A stretch of 64,000 nt of DNA from Fimbriosthenelais zetlandica (Eukaryota). Positions within the stretch are counted from its first letter, which is position 1; the number at the start of each line of letters is the position of its first letter. The translations under genes were made by a program, and so were the position numbers. Under the pieces are notes generated by a model. The model was not told where the DNA came from. It worked only from the letters and a program-made list of their open reading frames with translations, and searched no databases. The stretch covers positions 24,986,001 to 25,050,000 of the forward strand of contig OZ365115.1 of the NCBI GenBank assembly GCA_977030845.1, in the 5' to 3' direction. This document shows, piece after piece, positions 1-11,160 of this stretch.

Positions 1-240
1 TGAATTAGACAGCTTATAAGCTTGTCTAAACAGTACAAAAATGAATCAGACAGCTTAGAGGGCTTGTCTAAACAGTACGAAATTGAATCAGACAGCTAGC
101 GGGGTGTCTACAAACTGCATAAAAATGAGTTAAACTGCTAAGAGGCAGGTCCAAACAGCCGAACAATGGGTCAAACAACATAGAGGTTTGTCTAATGCAC
201 CAGCCTACTTAAAGAGATTTGTCTAGACAGCAAAAAAATG
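1..240. repeat. Degenerate 41-42 bp minisatellite (about 5 units, truncated at window start)
   Basis: Units start at 1, 42, 84, 126 and 167 (TGAAT(T/C)AGACAGCT..GCTTGTCTAAACAGTAC..) and diverge progressively rightwards. Confidence 0.85.
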
Positions 241-540
241 TGTTGATCTGACCCAGCAAAAAGTAGATCTATAACACAAGTTATTTAATTAACTTGGATC
301 TCTAATGTCAAGCAAAGGTAAAAGAACTCCGTTAGCATTGATGTGGCAAAACACCGCATGACTGTGACCATTTTACACGTATTTATGTGTTTATGTGAAC
401 AATCTCCTTTTCGTCTTTTGTTTTTCTTATATACATGACTTGTATTATAATTATTTTTCTTATTTCATAGTTCAAAGCATTTCACATGTTTAAAGTATGC
501 ACATATATATACAGGACAACCTTGTGGCTGGTGTTACAAA

Positions 541-749
541 CGACAGTGACGCGACACAAAATGCTGTCGTGGCCTTGTCGGTAGATGTCAAATCGTAGAT
601 GTCAAATCGTTTTGAATTTGCCACCGCAAAATCTTGTCGCAAGATTGTCGCATCAATGGAGGCGTAGAGAAAGGAGTGGAGGCTTCATTTGAGAAGCCTG
701 TCGCGCGACTGTGTCGCGGCCTACAGTGTCGCGGCCTACAGTGGATCAC
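541..749. mobile_element. Degenerate relative of MITE family B, with internal 14-bp and 15-bp duplications
   Basis: TGTCGCAAG and CAGTGGATCAC motifs are shared with the family B copy at 15413. GTAGATGTCAAATC occurs twice and GTGTCGCGGCCTACA twice. Confidence 0.5.
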
Positions 750-1161
750 TCTTGGGCATAGTTAATGGAGTATAGTTGACCTATATCTTATAAATACTTT
801 CCTATTTTTCTGTTCTAGATCTGCGTGATTTTTATAAGCATTTGTATACATATGTGTTTTATATATTTTATGACTTTTATAATGTGAAGACTGTTTGAGG
901 CAGATTTCTATATGATACGGGTCTAAATTTAGCAATCAATTTAATGGTTGTCACATGATCTAATTATGTTTTCTTCTAGTGTCATTCATGCATTGTCTTG
1001 TTTTTATATTATATAGGTTTTCGGCATTGAATGTATGTCAATGTTCATATCTGGATGAAATGATATGCCAAGGTCGTAACAATAGATACGGGTCAAGGAT
1101 TCTTCAGGTTCCAGACCGATTGCCTGTGTTGGTTGTTTCATCTAAACGCTAATCAGTCACT

Positions 1162-1399
1162 CCCCTGTTGTACAAGAAAATCGTCGATGGCGAGGGAACG
1201 GCGAGGGTACCCTCGCGGAGCGATTGCATTGACCAAGAAATGTTTTTGAGAAAACAATGCTTGGACAATGCAATAACAAGCAGTTGTCCAAGCACTTCTT
1301 TCAAATGCTTCTTTCAAAAGCATCACTTCAACAATGCAATCGCTCGACGAGTGTACCCTCGCTGATCCCTCGCCATCGACAATATTCTTGTACAACACC
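1162..1399. mobile_element. MITE family A, symmetric (R/R-arm) copy
   Basis: About 65-bp inverted arms TGTTGTACAAGAAAATCGTCGATGGCGAGGG.. / ..CCCTCGCCATCGACAATATTCTTGTACAACA, and a central TGCTTGGACAA..TTGTCCAAGCA hairpin; 7 related copies in the window. Confidence 0.9.
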
Positions 1400-1401
1400 T
1401 G

Positions 1402-1762
1402 GCTGGTCTCTCTCCTCAATCCCGGTCTCTCTCGCTCGCTCCCTCTTTCTCGTGCTCTCGCTTTCTGGGCCACTCTCGCGCTCTTTCTCTCCCTCGATCT
1501 CTATCTATTTTATATTCAATCTGACTCTGCGTTTCTGACTTTCTATCACTGTCTCTCTATCTGTCTCACTCTCTCCTGTCTCTCCCACTCCCCCTCCCTT
1601 GCTCCCTCCCTCCCACTCTCTCCTGATCCCCCTCTCTATCTGTCTCCCCGCTCTCTCTCTCGCTCTCTCACTGTCTCTACATGACTGTCTTTGATTCAGC
1701 CTGTCCCTCTCTTTCTCGCTTTCTCATCGTTTCCTCGTCCAATCTCTCCTTCTTTCTCTGCC
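1402..1762 (+). repeat. Pyrimidine-rich (CT)-type low-complexity tract
   Basis: Almost exclusively C/T on the plus strand; explains ORFs 1257-1538 and 1334-1684. Confidence 0.9.
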
Positions 1763-2534
1763 TGATGGAGATGCCGTACTGATTCAGACTTGGAACCTTT
1801 ATACAACCAACAAAACACCATTTGAACACTGATCTCTTGTGTTTTTTAAGACAAGACTGGCAATTGAGGCTTGAGATGATTCACTATTTCGACCGCTCAT
1901 ATTTTGGGATTTGGTGTCTTGATTTGTTAATTATGCCTGCAAGTGACATATTCCTAATGGAACAACCTCTTTTTCTTTCCAAATAAAGAATCTTTTCAGG
2001 ACAATTGTTTCGTCCTATAGTCCCTCTACACCACTGGTAAAGCATATAGGTTCACCACATCTTAGATTAGGCACTCCGCATGAAGTTCTCATGCCAACTA
2101 TTTTCTATTTCGAGTCTAATTTAAAATCCAAAATCAGATAATTATGTAAATGATAAATGTGCATGTCCAATGCATATTTATCCTTGTCTTATCATCTGAG
2201 CATAATCTAATCATTTTGGCAGGTCTAAGCTGAGCCATAAGAGCTGATGTTTCGGGGTTGGGTGAATAATAAATTAATTTAACATCCCTTCAACAATTAT
2301 TCAGCTCTCTCGGAACGAGTAGGAAACCCGCTATCGGCACACATTGGTCTGCCCTACTTAAAGAAGAAATTCTATATTAAAGGTTTTTAAAATACATTAT
2401 GTTGCATAGAGTTTTCTGCTATGTCTTCGTCAGGATGAAACCAAAATGATTTAAATCAGCAAAAGGCATTTTAAATTTGCAAAAGACAGGAAGAAAGACT
2501 GTAGACGCTTGAATTCTATCTACTGGTACCGGCA

Positions 2535-2730
2535 CTCGATGACGTAGCATGAATGGCGGTTGCTATGACGGAGTAATCACGTCATCCTTCACTCCTATTG
2601 GCCAGACTAATATGGACAAAGCTCATTAATATTCATCACTTCCATATATGGTCATCCCCACTTCCTTTTTTGGACGACATGGGATTCTACTCGTCAGGGG
2701 GAATGGGCGTGCATTTGTCCATCCAATCAA
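2535..2730. promoter_or_regulatory. Candidate serum-response module: tandem ETS-CArG composites plus CRE-like and CCAAT sites
   Basis: CCATATATGG 2642-2651 and CCTTTTTTGG 2664-2673 each overlap CACTTCC; near-CArG ACTAATATGG 2606-2615; TGACGTAG 2540-2547; CACGTCA 2578-2584; ATTGG 2597-2601. Confidence 0.55.
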
Positions 2731-2954
2731 ATGTTGTCAGCAATTCCAATGAGACAAAGGCTTCCCCAGGACTGCTTTTAGTTTTAGAGATAATTTTCTC
2801 AGCTCAACTCTCAGGATTTATCATAAATCGAAGTGACATGAAATGCCCATGGGAAGTTTTTAGGTTAAATAGGATACTTCCGGAAGTCCTTTGTGATTTT
2901 CTGCTTGCTGTATAATTATTAGTCTTTTGGTTGTATGAGCCTGCATGTATAGAA

Positions 2955-3060
2955 CTTTCATTCATTGATTATATAGTTCATTCATTGATTCAGTCACTCA
3001 TTCATTCATGTATTCTTATGTTGATGTTCAGGATTTCAATTCATTCATATCAGAAATGAA
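2955..3060. repeat. Degenerate (ATTC)n microsatellite
   Basis: Repeated TTCATTCA/ATTGATT units. Confidence 0.7.
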
Positions 3061-3779
3061 AATGACCTGAGAATGAATGAAAGCAAGCGAAGGTAAAGAA
3101 ATGGATGATACTTAATATATAGTTAATATATATCAGAAGGTCCAGAGATATCTTTGATGCGAGCTAGTTTAGCCAAATGCTAACTTGCTAATTAAGATAC
3201 ATTTAAAACCCAAGGCGTTCAATTCCTACGATGTAACTTAATACACTTAGAATATACTTTTAAAAAAGTATAGTGACAATTTTAGGGAATAATAACAATT
3301 TTATTAATATTACCATATTTGGTCTATTGAATTTGCTCTTTGCTTGCAAATAATTTCTGATTAATTTAATAGTTAAAGACTAATCTATAATCTGTAAGTC
3401 CTGATTCCACAACTATTATTGCAGCAATGATCATTACGTAACTCACTATAGGGTCAATGGATTTAACAGTTACAAAATCTGTAAAACTAAGACAAAAACG
3501 AAAATAAGAATAACATGCTTATATAAAGGTGCCAAGACTGATGTATTGTATTTTTCGAACAATATTTATCTCTTATAGTCATACAATTCATCTTAGCTTA
3601 GATTATATCTTAATATCTCTGGCACCCACCCTTTCTCCCGCATAAATATTATATATTTCGCGCTGATTTTTCTTTAAAAAAAAATTTGCATCCCCATGAG
3701 AGGGGACCCCACTGCAAGGCGCCCCAGTCTTCCGCTGCTTTGTCATGGTAACTTACATAACGATGGATGATGAGCTGAT

Positions 3780-3810
3780 GTCATCTCACGTGACATGACG
3801 TCATAGCGTC
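3780..3810. promoter_or_regulatory. Adjacent E-box and CRE palindromes
   Basis: TCACGTGA 3786-3793 is followed by TGACGTCA 3796-3803. Confidence 0.35.
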
Positions 3811-3952
3811 TGGGGTGTCTAGCAAGACTACCAGACGACAGGTAGTGTGAGTCATTTGTTTTTCCCGTGTGCCCCGCCAGCGACCTGATTATTAGCTAGG
3901 TCCCTCCATTGTTGAAGGCATGTTGCCCTGTATTGATTTATACAGGCCCTAT

Positions 3953-4360
3953 ATATGTGACGTGTTTTCACGAAATGAGTCTAAAGTCGCATAGTGCCAT
4001 TTGGAGCTATAGGCCTGAAAGCGTTGTAAACAAACCACTTGTTTCTCTCAGCATTTTCGCACTAAAAGGATACGATGTTTTTACTATTTTCATGACTGAA
4101 ATTGAGAAAAGTTCATCTTTGTGCGTATTGTCCCTTCAGCATTGCTTCCGGTTTGAATTGCCTGAAATGGGTATTTTCTCTAGTTCCTGCAGTCACTGCT
4201 TTTATTCTTTGAAATTGTATTAAAAACGTAAGTATTTTTACATGTCCTTGTACTATACATCACTGAAAAGGTCATAATCTGCTCTATACGAATCAGCCTT
4301 AACTCAAAATCCATTATTGCGACTTTAGACTCATTTCATGAAAACGCAATCATCACATAT
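3953..4360. mobile_element. Non-autonomous TIR element with ATATGTGA..TCACATAT termini
   Basis: TTTTCACGAAATGAGTCTAAAGTCGCA (3965-3991) is the reverse complement of TGCGACTTTAGACTCATTTCATGAAAA (4318-4344) with 1 mismatch; outer ATATGTGA/TCACATAT. Confidence 0.8.
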
Positions 4361-4439
4361 GGTTGATACCAATTGCATCCGAAGGGTCGGAAATTTCCAT
4401 TTTGGTATGTTTACAGAATGCATACTTGCACGCTGAAAG

Positions 4440-4850
4440 GTCATTTCCTTCTTTCCTTCCCCCTTCCGTCTCTCCTTCCCTCCTTTTCCTTCACTCTTTC
4501 CTTCAGTCTATCATTGCTACCTATACTTTTATTACCATCCATCCTGGCTCCGTCCCTCGCTCCCCTTCTTCCTTCCTTCTTCCATCCTTCCATTCTTCAC
4601 TCCTTCCTTCAGCCTGTGATTGATTACTACTTTTATTTCATTCTTCCTGCCCTCCTTCCTGCCCATATGGATCACTTTTGTCCTTACATTCAATTGTATT
4701 TTCTCCCAACATCTCCCTCCAATCCCTCCTTTATTTCTCCCCTTCCATGCATATACCCTTCCTGTCCTTTCTTTCTTTTCTTTCCATTTCCTTCTCTCAT
4801 GGCATTGTACTTCGTTATTCCTCTTTCTTTTCTTTTCTAAACTCCCCTCC
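4440..4850 (+). repeat. Pyrimidine-rich low-complexity tract
   Basis: CCTT/CTT-rich; generates the L/S/F/P-rich ORFs at 4363-5085. Confidence 0.85.
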
Positions 4851-5139
4851 CAACTCTAGATGGAAATGTTCTCATAAGTTACTTTTTAACAAAATAAAAG
4901 CAAAAAAACTATCCTTTGCCCTAAACTGTTTGCAACACCTCCGTCAACCTTTCACCGAACTTCACGACCTTGCCAAAGTTAACTTTAACTGTCAAATAAT
5001 GGTTTCCCTAATTAATACTCCAATATCAACACCTCATGGCAAAGTTGGAAGTGTCATCTTTATTAACTGGCTAATAATAACTTAATAGATAACATCAGAT
5101 AGGCAATCACTGTGATGAGGAAAATGAATGCGTGAGGGT

Positions 5140-5222
5140 TATGCCTTGTTTACTGGGCTTTAGATAAGGGAAGGCCCAAAGCGGAAGTGGCGAGGACCGG
5201 AAGTGGTACGGGGAAGGTCAGT
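5140..5222. promoter_or_regulatory. Tandem ETS/GABP-type sites with FOX, GATA and NR half-sites
   Basis: GCGGAAGTG 5181-5189 and ACCGGAAGTG 5196-5205; TGTTTAC, AGATAAG and AAGGTCA nearby. Confidence 0.35.
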
Positions 5223-6739
5223 GGGGGCACCTGATAGCAAGAGCTGAAGGTACCAAGAAGTACCAAAATGTAGTACCAGAGACACTTTTAAAGGGCATAT
5301 TTTATGTTCTTATGGGCCATATAATTAATTAGGTTTCTAAGCACAAGAGCAGCCATATATATTTCTTCAGAGAGACCCTATGATGTATTAGCCTACCGGT
5401 ACATATAATATATTAATCTATTTTAATATTATACCGATCTAATTCTTATATATATCGTATCCACTTATATCGGTCCCCAAGACTTGAAAATGAAAATCAG
5501 TTTTAAGGTCCTTTAAGTCATGGCATTGTGTTCCCGAATCCTAAAATGTCACTAACAATTCTAGTAATCTACAACTTGTAGATAACCACCTAACCTCCCC
5601 CCCCCCCCCGCCAACCTCCCCTCGAGAGACAAACTGCAGGTCTCAATTATTTTCTAAAGACTTAATCAATTCAATCATGTTTGGTATTTCTCATCCCGAA
5701 ACCATATACAATTAAATAGTTTAAATGGTTAATATATCAAAATTAATTACGAAAATCTTTCCCAAATCTTATGATTACCATAATGAATGTTAATAAATAA
5801 AAAAAGGAAATGTGTTGAGCCTAATTTGGCTCCGTTTATGATTGCTATGACACATTAATTCGTGCATTCAAAATGACAGATTAAGAAATTATTTTTCCTC
5901 TTTTTTCCCCTCAAGAGGTCATCCTTAGAAATTATTTTTTTGATTTTTTTTAATGAATTAGACCGTTGTGGGCAGCCATTGTGGGCCCACTTCCATTATG
6001 CTCCACCCAAATTATCTATCATCTATTTTTCAGCGAGACTGTCCAGACAATGTCCCGCTACCTGTGAGTCAGAGGCAGGGAAAACCACAGAAATGAGAGA
6101 GAAAAACCACAAAATTAATCTCTCACACACCTTCCCTGAGGGCCTAAGCCCCCACCTAGCCCCCTATAGGGGCCCCACCCCTTCCTCAAACCCCACCCCC
6201 AAAACCGGCAGATATAGGAGTTGGGGGATTGTTGGTCGGGGATAGCAATGAATATTGAGAAATTTGAAATCTAAAGCAAAGTGGTGCTTCTTCATGAATT
6301 TGTCCTCGATGATGAAGATAGGGATAATTATTATTATGTTTTTATGACGGCTAAATACATATGGTCAAAGGATTACAAAGACAACAATGACTGCAAAGAG
6401 TCAAGAGAGAAAGTCCCCTTGTAAGTTATAGGATAATTGTAGCTAGATCGAGCAGAAACAGGGTATGTCCCTTGATCCCCTCAGTCCCCTGATGTCTTAG
6501 ATATGAGGAGGAGGTCATTTCAACTGTGCAGAATTCCCCTTGATTTCAAAGAAAAGGGCACTAAATGTGATACAAAAATCATTCAAAATGGATTTTTCAA
6601 ATAGAGAACGAGAATATAGGTGTCAACTTTGGTTCTCAGTGCCCCCCACTCCCTTTCCGGAAACCCCACCCACCCCCGCCCCTTCCCCCATTAGCCCCAC
6701 CCCATCTTGCGAAAGGAAACTCAAATATGTCCACTGATT

Positions 6740-6900
6740 CCCACCCTCATCACGGCCCGCCCCATCATCTGACCCCTCTGACGTCACAAAGAGCCTGAGT
6801 ATGACCTTCAGCACCCCTCAATGACCTACAGATGATGAGGGTATTAGCCGCCGGTAGGGGGCGCTGTTTGTCATTGTTGTCAGGGGGCGGGGTGTCCCCA
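6740..6900. promoter_or_regulatory. GC-rich island with CRE, GC boxes and a CTCF-like motif
   Basis: TGACGTCA 6779-6786; CCGGTAGGGGGCGC 6851-6864 (1 mismatch to CCASYAGRKGGCRS); GGGGCGGGG and two TGACCT sites. Confidence 0.4.
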
Positions 6901-7257
6901 TGGGGACAGGAAAACCTGCAACAAGATCCCCCGCCAAGAGCTGTTGAATTTTATCTTTATTTTCTTTTAAAGTTTTGGTTTCTTTTTTTTCCATTTGTGG
7001 TTTGTTTCTTTGTCTGTGACGAGTTGGGTTGTCTCGTTCAGAGCTTCGTGCTACTGTCAAAATAATACGATCTAATGTTTTCAATTTTTTTTAATGCGGC
7101 AGGCCACTTTTGAAAAATAATTCAGAGAATCACACATTTTCATGAATAAGCAATGTTTAAAAAGTATTAATCAAGTTTAATTCTCACATGGGTAAAAATT
7201 GTATGTTTGTGTTGTAATGTTTATTAATTAAGCAAATATTACTATGGTCTGATGATC

Positions 7258-7436
7258 GGGTAGCTCCACTGGGTTTCATTTGTGTTGCGATTTTGTTGCG
7301 GCAAGCATCGTGGGTAACCTTTGTATATAGCACACTACTCCCAATTAGAGCATATATGCAACCCTCACACATAGCAAGCCCCTGCTAGTGCAGTTACACT
7401 TGCGGCATTTGTGGCAGAAAATCCCAGTGGAATCCC
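7258..7436. mobile_element. MITE family D (GGGTAGCTCCACTG termini)
   Basis: GGGTAGCTCCACTGGG at the left and CCCAGTGGAATCCC at the right; internal GCAAGCCCCTGCTAGTGCAGTTACA is shared with copies at 49.3, 56.05 and 63.66 kb. Confidence 0.75.
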
Positions 7437-7645
7437 AAAGGAATCATTCATAATTATAAATTCATGAAAATCTGTTCTATCTAAACAACACTTTTTCATG
7501 AGCCATGCATTTAAGCTAGGAGATAATAACACATTTTTATCACAAAACACATCCCCTGACATTGTTATTGACAGCAGAGTCCCCTAAGCGGAGAGTGTGT
7601 TTGCCATGATAGGGTGTCATAATTTATATTACCCCCGACCTCCAT

Positions 7646-7693
7646 GGGAAATCCTTGGCCATAACCATGGGTTTAACGTTTCGGGGATTCCCC
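7646..7693. promoter_or_regulatory. Pair of NF-kB-like sites
   Basis: GGGAAATCC 7646-7654 and GGGGATTCCCC 7683-7693. Confidence 0.3.
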
Positions 7694-8519
7694 TTCTACT
7701 CTACAGAATCACCCAAAATTATTTGTACACTTCTACATTTTTTAATTAACAACTTTCAATGCTACAATAGCAGCATGTATCCACCGCAAATATGAATTTC
7801 AGTGCATCATATTAAATCAAGGACTGTATGAATGGGTTCTTCTTTTTCCGTTCTGAAAAAAAGGAATTGAAGCCCCCCCCCCCCCCCCCCCCTCTCCTCC
7901 CCTATAACATCTACTTAGGTCCTAATGCCCATTTAAGGGCCTTAACTTGGAGAGCCAGAGCTTATAAATATTATGCATTTGTCCTATGACATTGCATGGT
8001 TGCTTTATAACAGCCTTAAAATAACATTTTTTTAAATTATACAATATATTTTGGGAGATCCTGCATGTAAGTAGGTCTGCGCCAGTTACTCGAAATGATC
8101 AGACGCTCTTTCTACTCTCCCTTACCGGATTGAATCCATAACATTCCAATTTGATTGGCCCCGACTGGGACAGAATTATGGCCACTCTGGGGTTGTAGAG
8201 AGATTCAAAAAGACATTTAAAAAGACCTTGAAAACGCCCTCAGAATGCTAAACTAGTACTAAAAGAACGACTCGTATATGACTTGAATAAATACAGCGGT
8301 AGTCTGTGAAACATGTATGCAGGACTTTATGCAAATGATGAATATTTTTACCAGACAATATTGCCAAACCTGTAACTAAAATGGGAAATGAATGAGTTTT
8401 ACCTTTATAGTTGAGAAATGAGACTGATTAAGCTCACCTTCCTCCTTGCCCGGTGATCGCAGAACTGATCACAGAAGTTCTGTTTTAGTCCAGTAGTTCA
8501 TTTGTGTGTGTGGCACACA

Positions 8520-8648
8520 GAAGCAATTCTCAAAGCGATATCAGCACGAAGCTATATTTCTAGTGACCCAATGCTTGTAATTTGAACTGTCGTCCTTTAC
8601 ACCTAGCTAAGGCTAACCACTGACAGCTATCGCTTGGAGAATGGCCTA
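8520..8648. mobile_element. MITE family C, internally deleted copy
   Basis: Matches the left arm and core of 34070-34240, then joins TGACA directly to GCTATCGCTTGGAGAATGGCCTA, so most of the right arm is missing. Confidence 0.85.
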
Positions 8649-9557
8649 TTTATGTGCACAGGCAATTAGTCCATGACTTTTCGGAAGAGTACATGACATT
8701 GTGGTGTATTTATAAAAGCAATTCAGGGCCCGGGAAAACAATTCCCATGGACTTAACTTTGCTAATAATTGTTTTGAAACAGGCTTCAGGCTAAACAACC
8801 ACTTCCATGCCACCACCACGATCATTCGTTTTCAAAAGAGGAATGTTTATCAACAGATATTTGAGGCCGTCCTATCCCCCATTTTAAAAATTATTTATTC
8901 CTATTTGTTTTTACAAAGTACTGAATCAGTCTTATCAGAGCCCTAATGAGAGAAAATTTACACTGAAAGGACATTCACCTAAACCGATCATTCACCCTTG
9001 CAATTGTGGATGATTTCAATACTCAGCACGACTTTCCACCCCCTCAGTCCCCAAGTATGGCTGGTTCGATCTTCACTCGAAGAGGTCAATAACCCTAGTC
9101 ATTGTTCCTAAATTTCTGAGCTTCTAAAGAAGAGGAGGAGGAAACAATACAAGATCTGGAAAAAATATGGCCCAATAAAGTCGATGGGACAGATTTGATA
9201 TATCATGTAGGTTTCAATACTGAACGGTCTTATATTATTGGATTTTCCCTTTATTTTGTCCTATATAGGTGTGTAGCGGGGGATGCCATTGCTCCCAACC
9301 CAACTTAAATTCGAACCCCCTTTTGAAATTGCTAGATTCGCCCTATACTCTCTCATCCACTCCCTTCCCCCTTTCCTTCCCCCTCCCTTCCTTTCTCTCC
9401 CCTCCACACCTCAAAGTTACAGCTAAATCATGCCCTCTAGCGTCACTCTTGCGCCACCTATCTGTAGTGAGGGGTTGAGGCAAGCAATGACTAACGTGAC
9501 TAATCAATACTTCACCCCGTCAGGTCATCTTCAGGCCCGCTTTTTTAGGCAGACAGC

Positions 9558-9760
9558 AAGGCGCCAAATCCCCAATCTTACTCATCACAAATTTACTCCA
9601 GTATTTATTAAATCATTCCTTCTTATCATGACATGTCTTTTATTTGAGCTAAAAAGGGATGCTACCTTTGACTTTAAGGCGCCAAATCCCCAATCTTACA
9701 CATCAAACCCATTGTAAATTATATCAAAATTTGTCTATTTACATGCCCTTTCTTATATTG
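9558..9760. repeat. Degenerate tandem duplication of about 119 bp
   Basis: AAGGCGCCAAATCCCCAATCTTAC(T/A)CATCA at 9558 and 9677. Confidence 0.75.
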
Positions 9761-10319
9761 CCAAAATGAGCAGGCAACAACTTTCGTTGGCTGACCTTAA
9801 CATAATTATTTGCCCCTTTCAGTTTCAACAAAATTATACCTAAGATAAATGACTTAATATTATGAATTGCATCTCTTGACTTCACCGACGTTTGAAACAC
9901 TAGGCCTAATATCACATTTAATAAATTCCTGTTATGAAGACGACAGCGTATAGGTCTTTGCTGGTCCAGTAAAAACAATATAATATTTACAATACATGTA
10001 TAACAATTTAATATATTCATATTCTTTTCCGAGATTATCATTAATTATTTAATATTACATTGATAGAGAATAAGGGATTCATATTCATTTATCACCAAGC
10101 TAATTTTAGTTCGTGTATGTCGAGAAAATTATAATGTGTAGGCAGTTTATAATGACTCAAATTCCCTATTCTTTAGTCCAGAGATGTCCATTTGTAAATG
10201 ATTAAATTCCATCACCTTTATAATTTATAAATACCCTTCACTCATATAAACGAAGAGCAACTCATACACAAGTTGGATTGAGACATTCCTGTCAAAATTT
10301 CTCATCAACATTTGAAAAT

Positions 10320-10580
10320 GCTGGTCACCGGTCAAGACGGTGACGCGTGTCCTTGATGAGGCCAGTCATTGTTACGTCATAAAGTGGAGGATGTGTCATC
10401 GAGGATGACCGGTTGACCTGTATATGCAGGACCTCAATACGGATGACCTTCATTCAGCTAAGGTCATGGATGAAGTCAGCAGACGCTGCACAAGAGTTCC
10501 AGCAGCCAGTAGTACAGGGCCTGGTAAAGGCATTGTTACCGGTAACCCCACCTACTATTGTTGTATTGCTGACCTAAACT
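10320..10580. promoter_or_regulatory. Cluster of nuclear-receptor AGGTCA half-sites including a DR2-like element
   Basis: TGACCG-GT-TGACCT 10406-10419; TGACCT 10444; AGGTCA 10461; TGACCT 10570; TGGTCA-C-CGGTCA 10322-10334; TTACGTCA 10372. Confidence 0.4.
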
Positions 10581-11044
10581 TGGGAACAAATGCCGGACGT
10601 GTATTTGGACAGTGCTCAGCTTCCATTATGGATGGATATTAAGGGATGGAGGACAGTTTGTAATTTGGCGAAAATATATTTGAGACCAAAATGTGGGACG
10701 GGGGTCTAAACAAAAAATCCAGCTATAAAATCAGGGTAATACTGACATTATAATTATGACATTAAATTATAATTATGATATTAAAGCATTCCAAAGTAGA
10801 CATAACTGACTTGGAAGATCACATCATAAGAGTAACGAGATCTATCATTAAAAGATATCGGAATGAAGGCTTGATGGTGCCTACATGTGACCCAGCAAAC
10901 ATACTTCAAATTATATTAAATATCATAGAGATTCTTCACATAAGTATAGTGACAGTAAATTGTAACTAAACAGAATTTAATCTTTATAAAATATGTGTCC
11001 AAATATTGAATTTTTTATCTTGTAGAATTCGGTAACGTTTCAAA

Positions 11045-11160
11045 ACTTACCAGGTTACTTGATACGAAGTTAACAGTAAGCTATCTTAGGCCTATTTCTA
11101 TCATTGAGTGGATGAGCGCAAAGACGGAAAATGGCGACGGTGCTTCCGCCTGGTGGACAA
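11045..11160 (-). promoter_or_regulatory. Possible housekeeping-type promoter or first exon (YY1 + ETS motifs, minus-strand donor)
   Basis: AAAATGGCG 11128-11136 and CTTCCG 11143-11148; CTG|GTAAGT donor on the minus strand at 11051/11050. Confidence 0.25.

Noticed and set aside
1-240. CRISPR-like palindromic repeats
   Set aside because: Whole units are similar, with no unique spacers.
8970-9035. Peptide AIVDDFNTQH resembling the LINE APE motif IxGDFNAH
   Set aside because: A single short motif with no supporting neighbours; it needs an HMM search.
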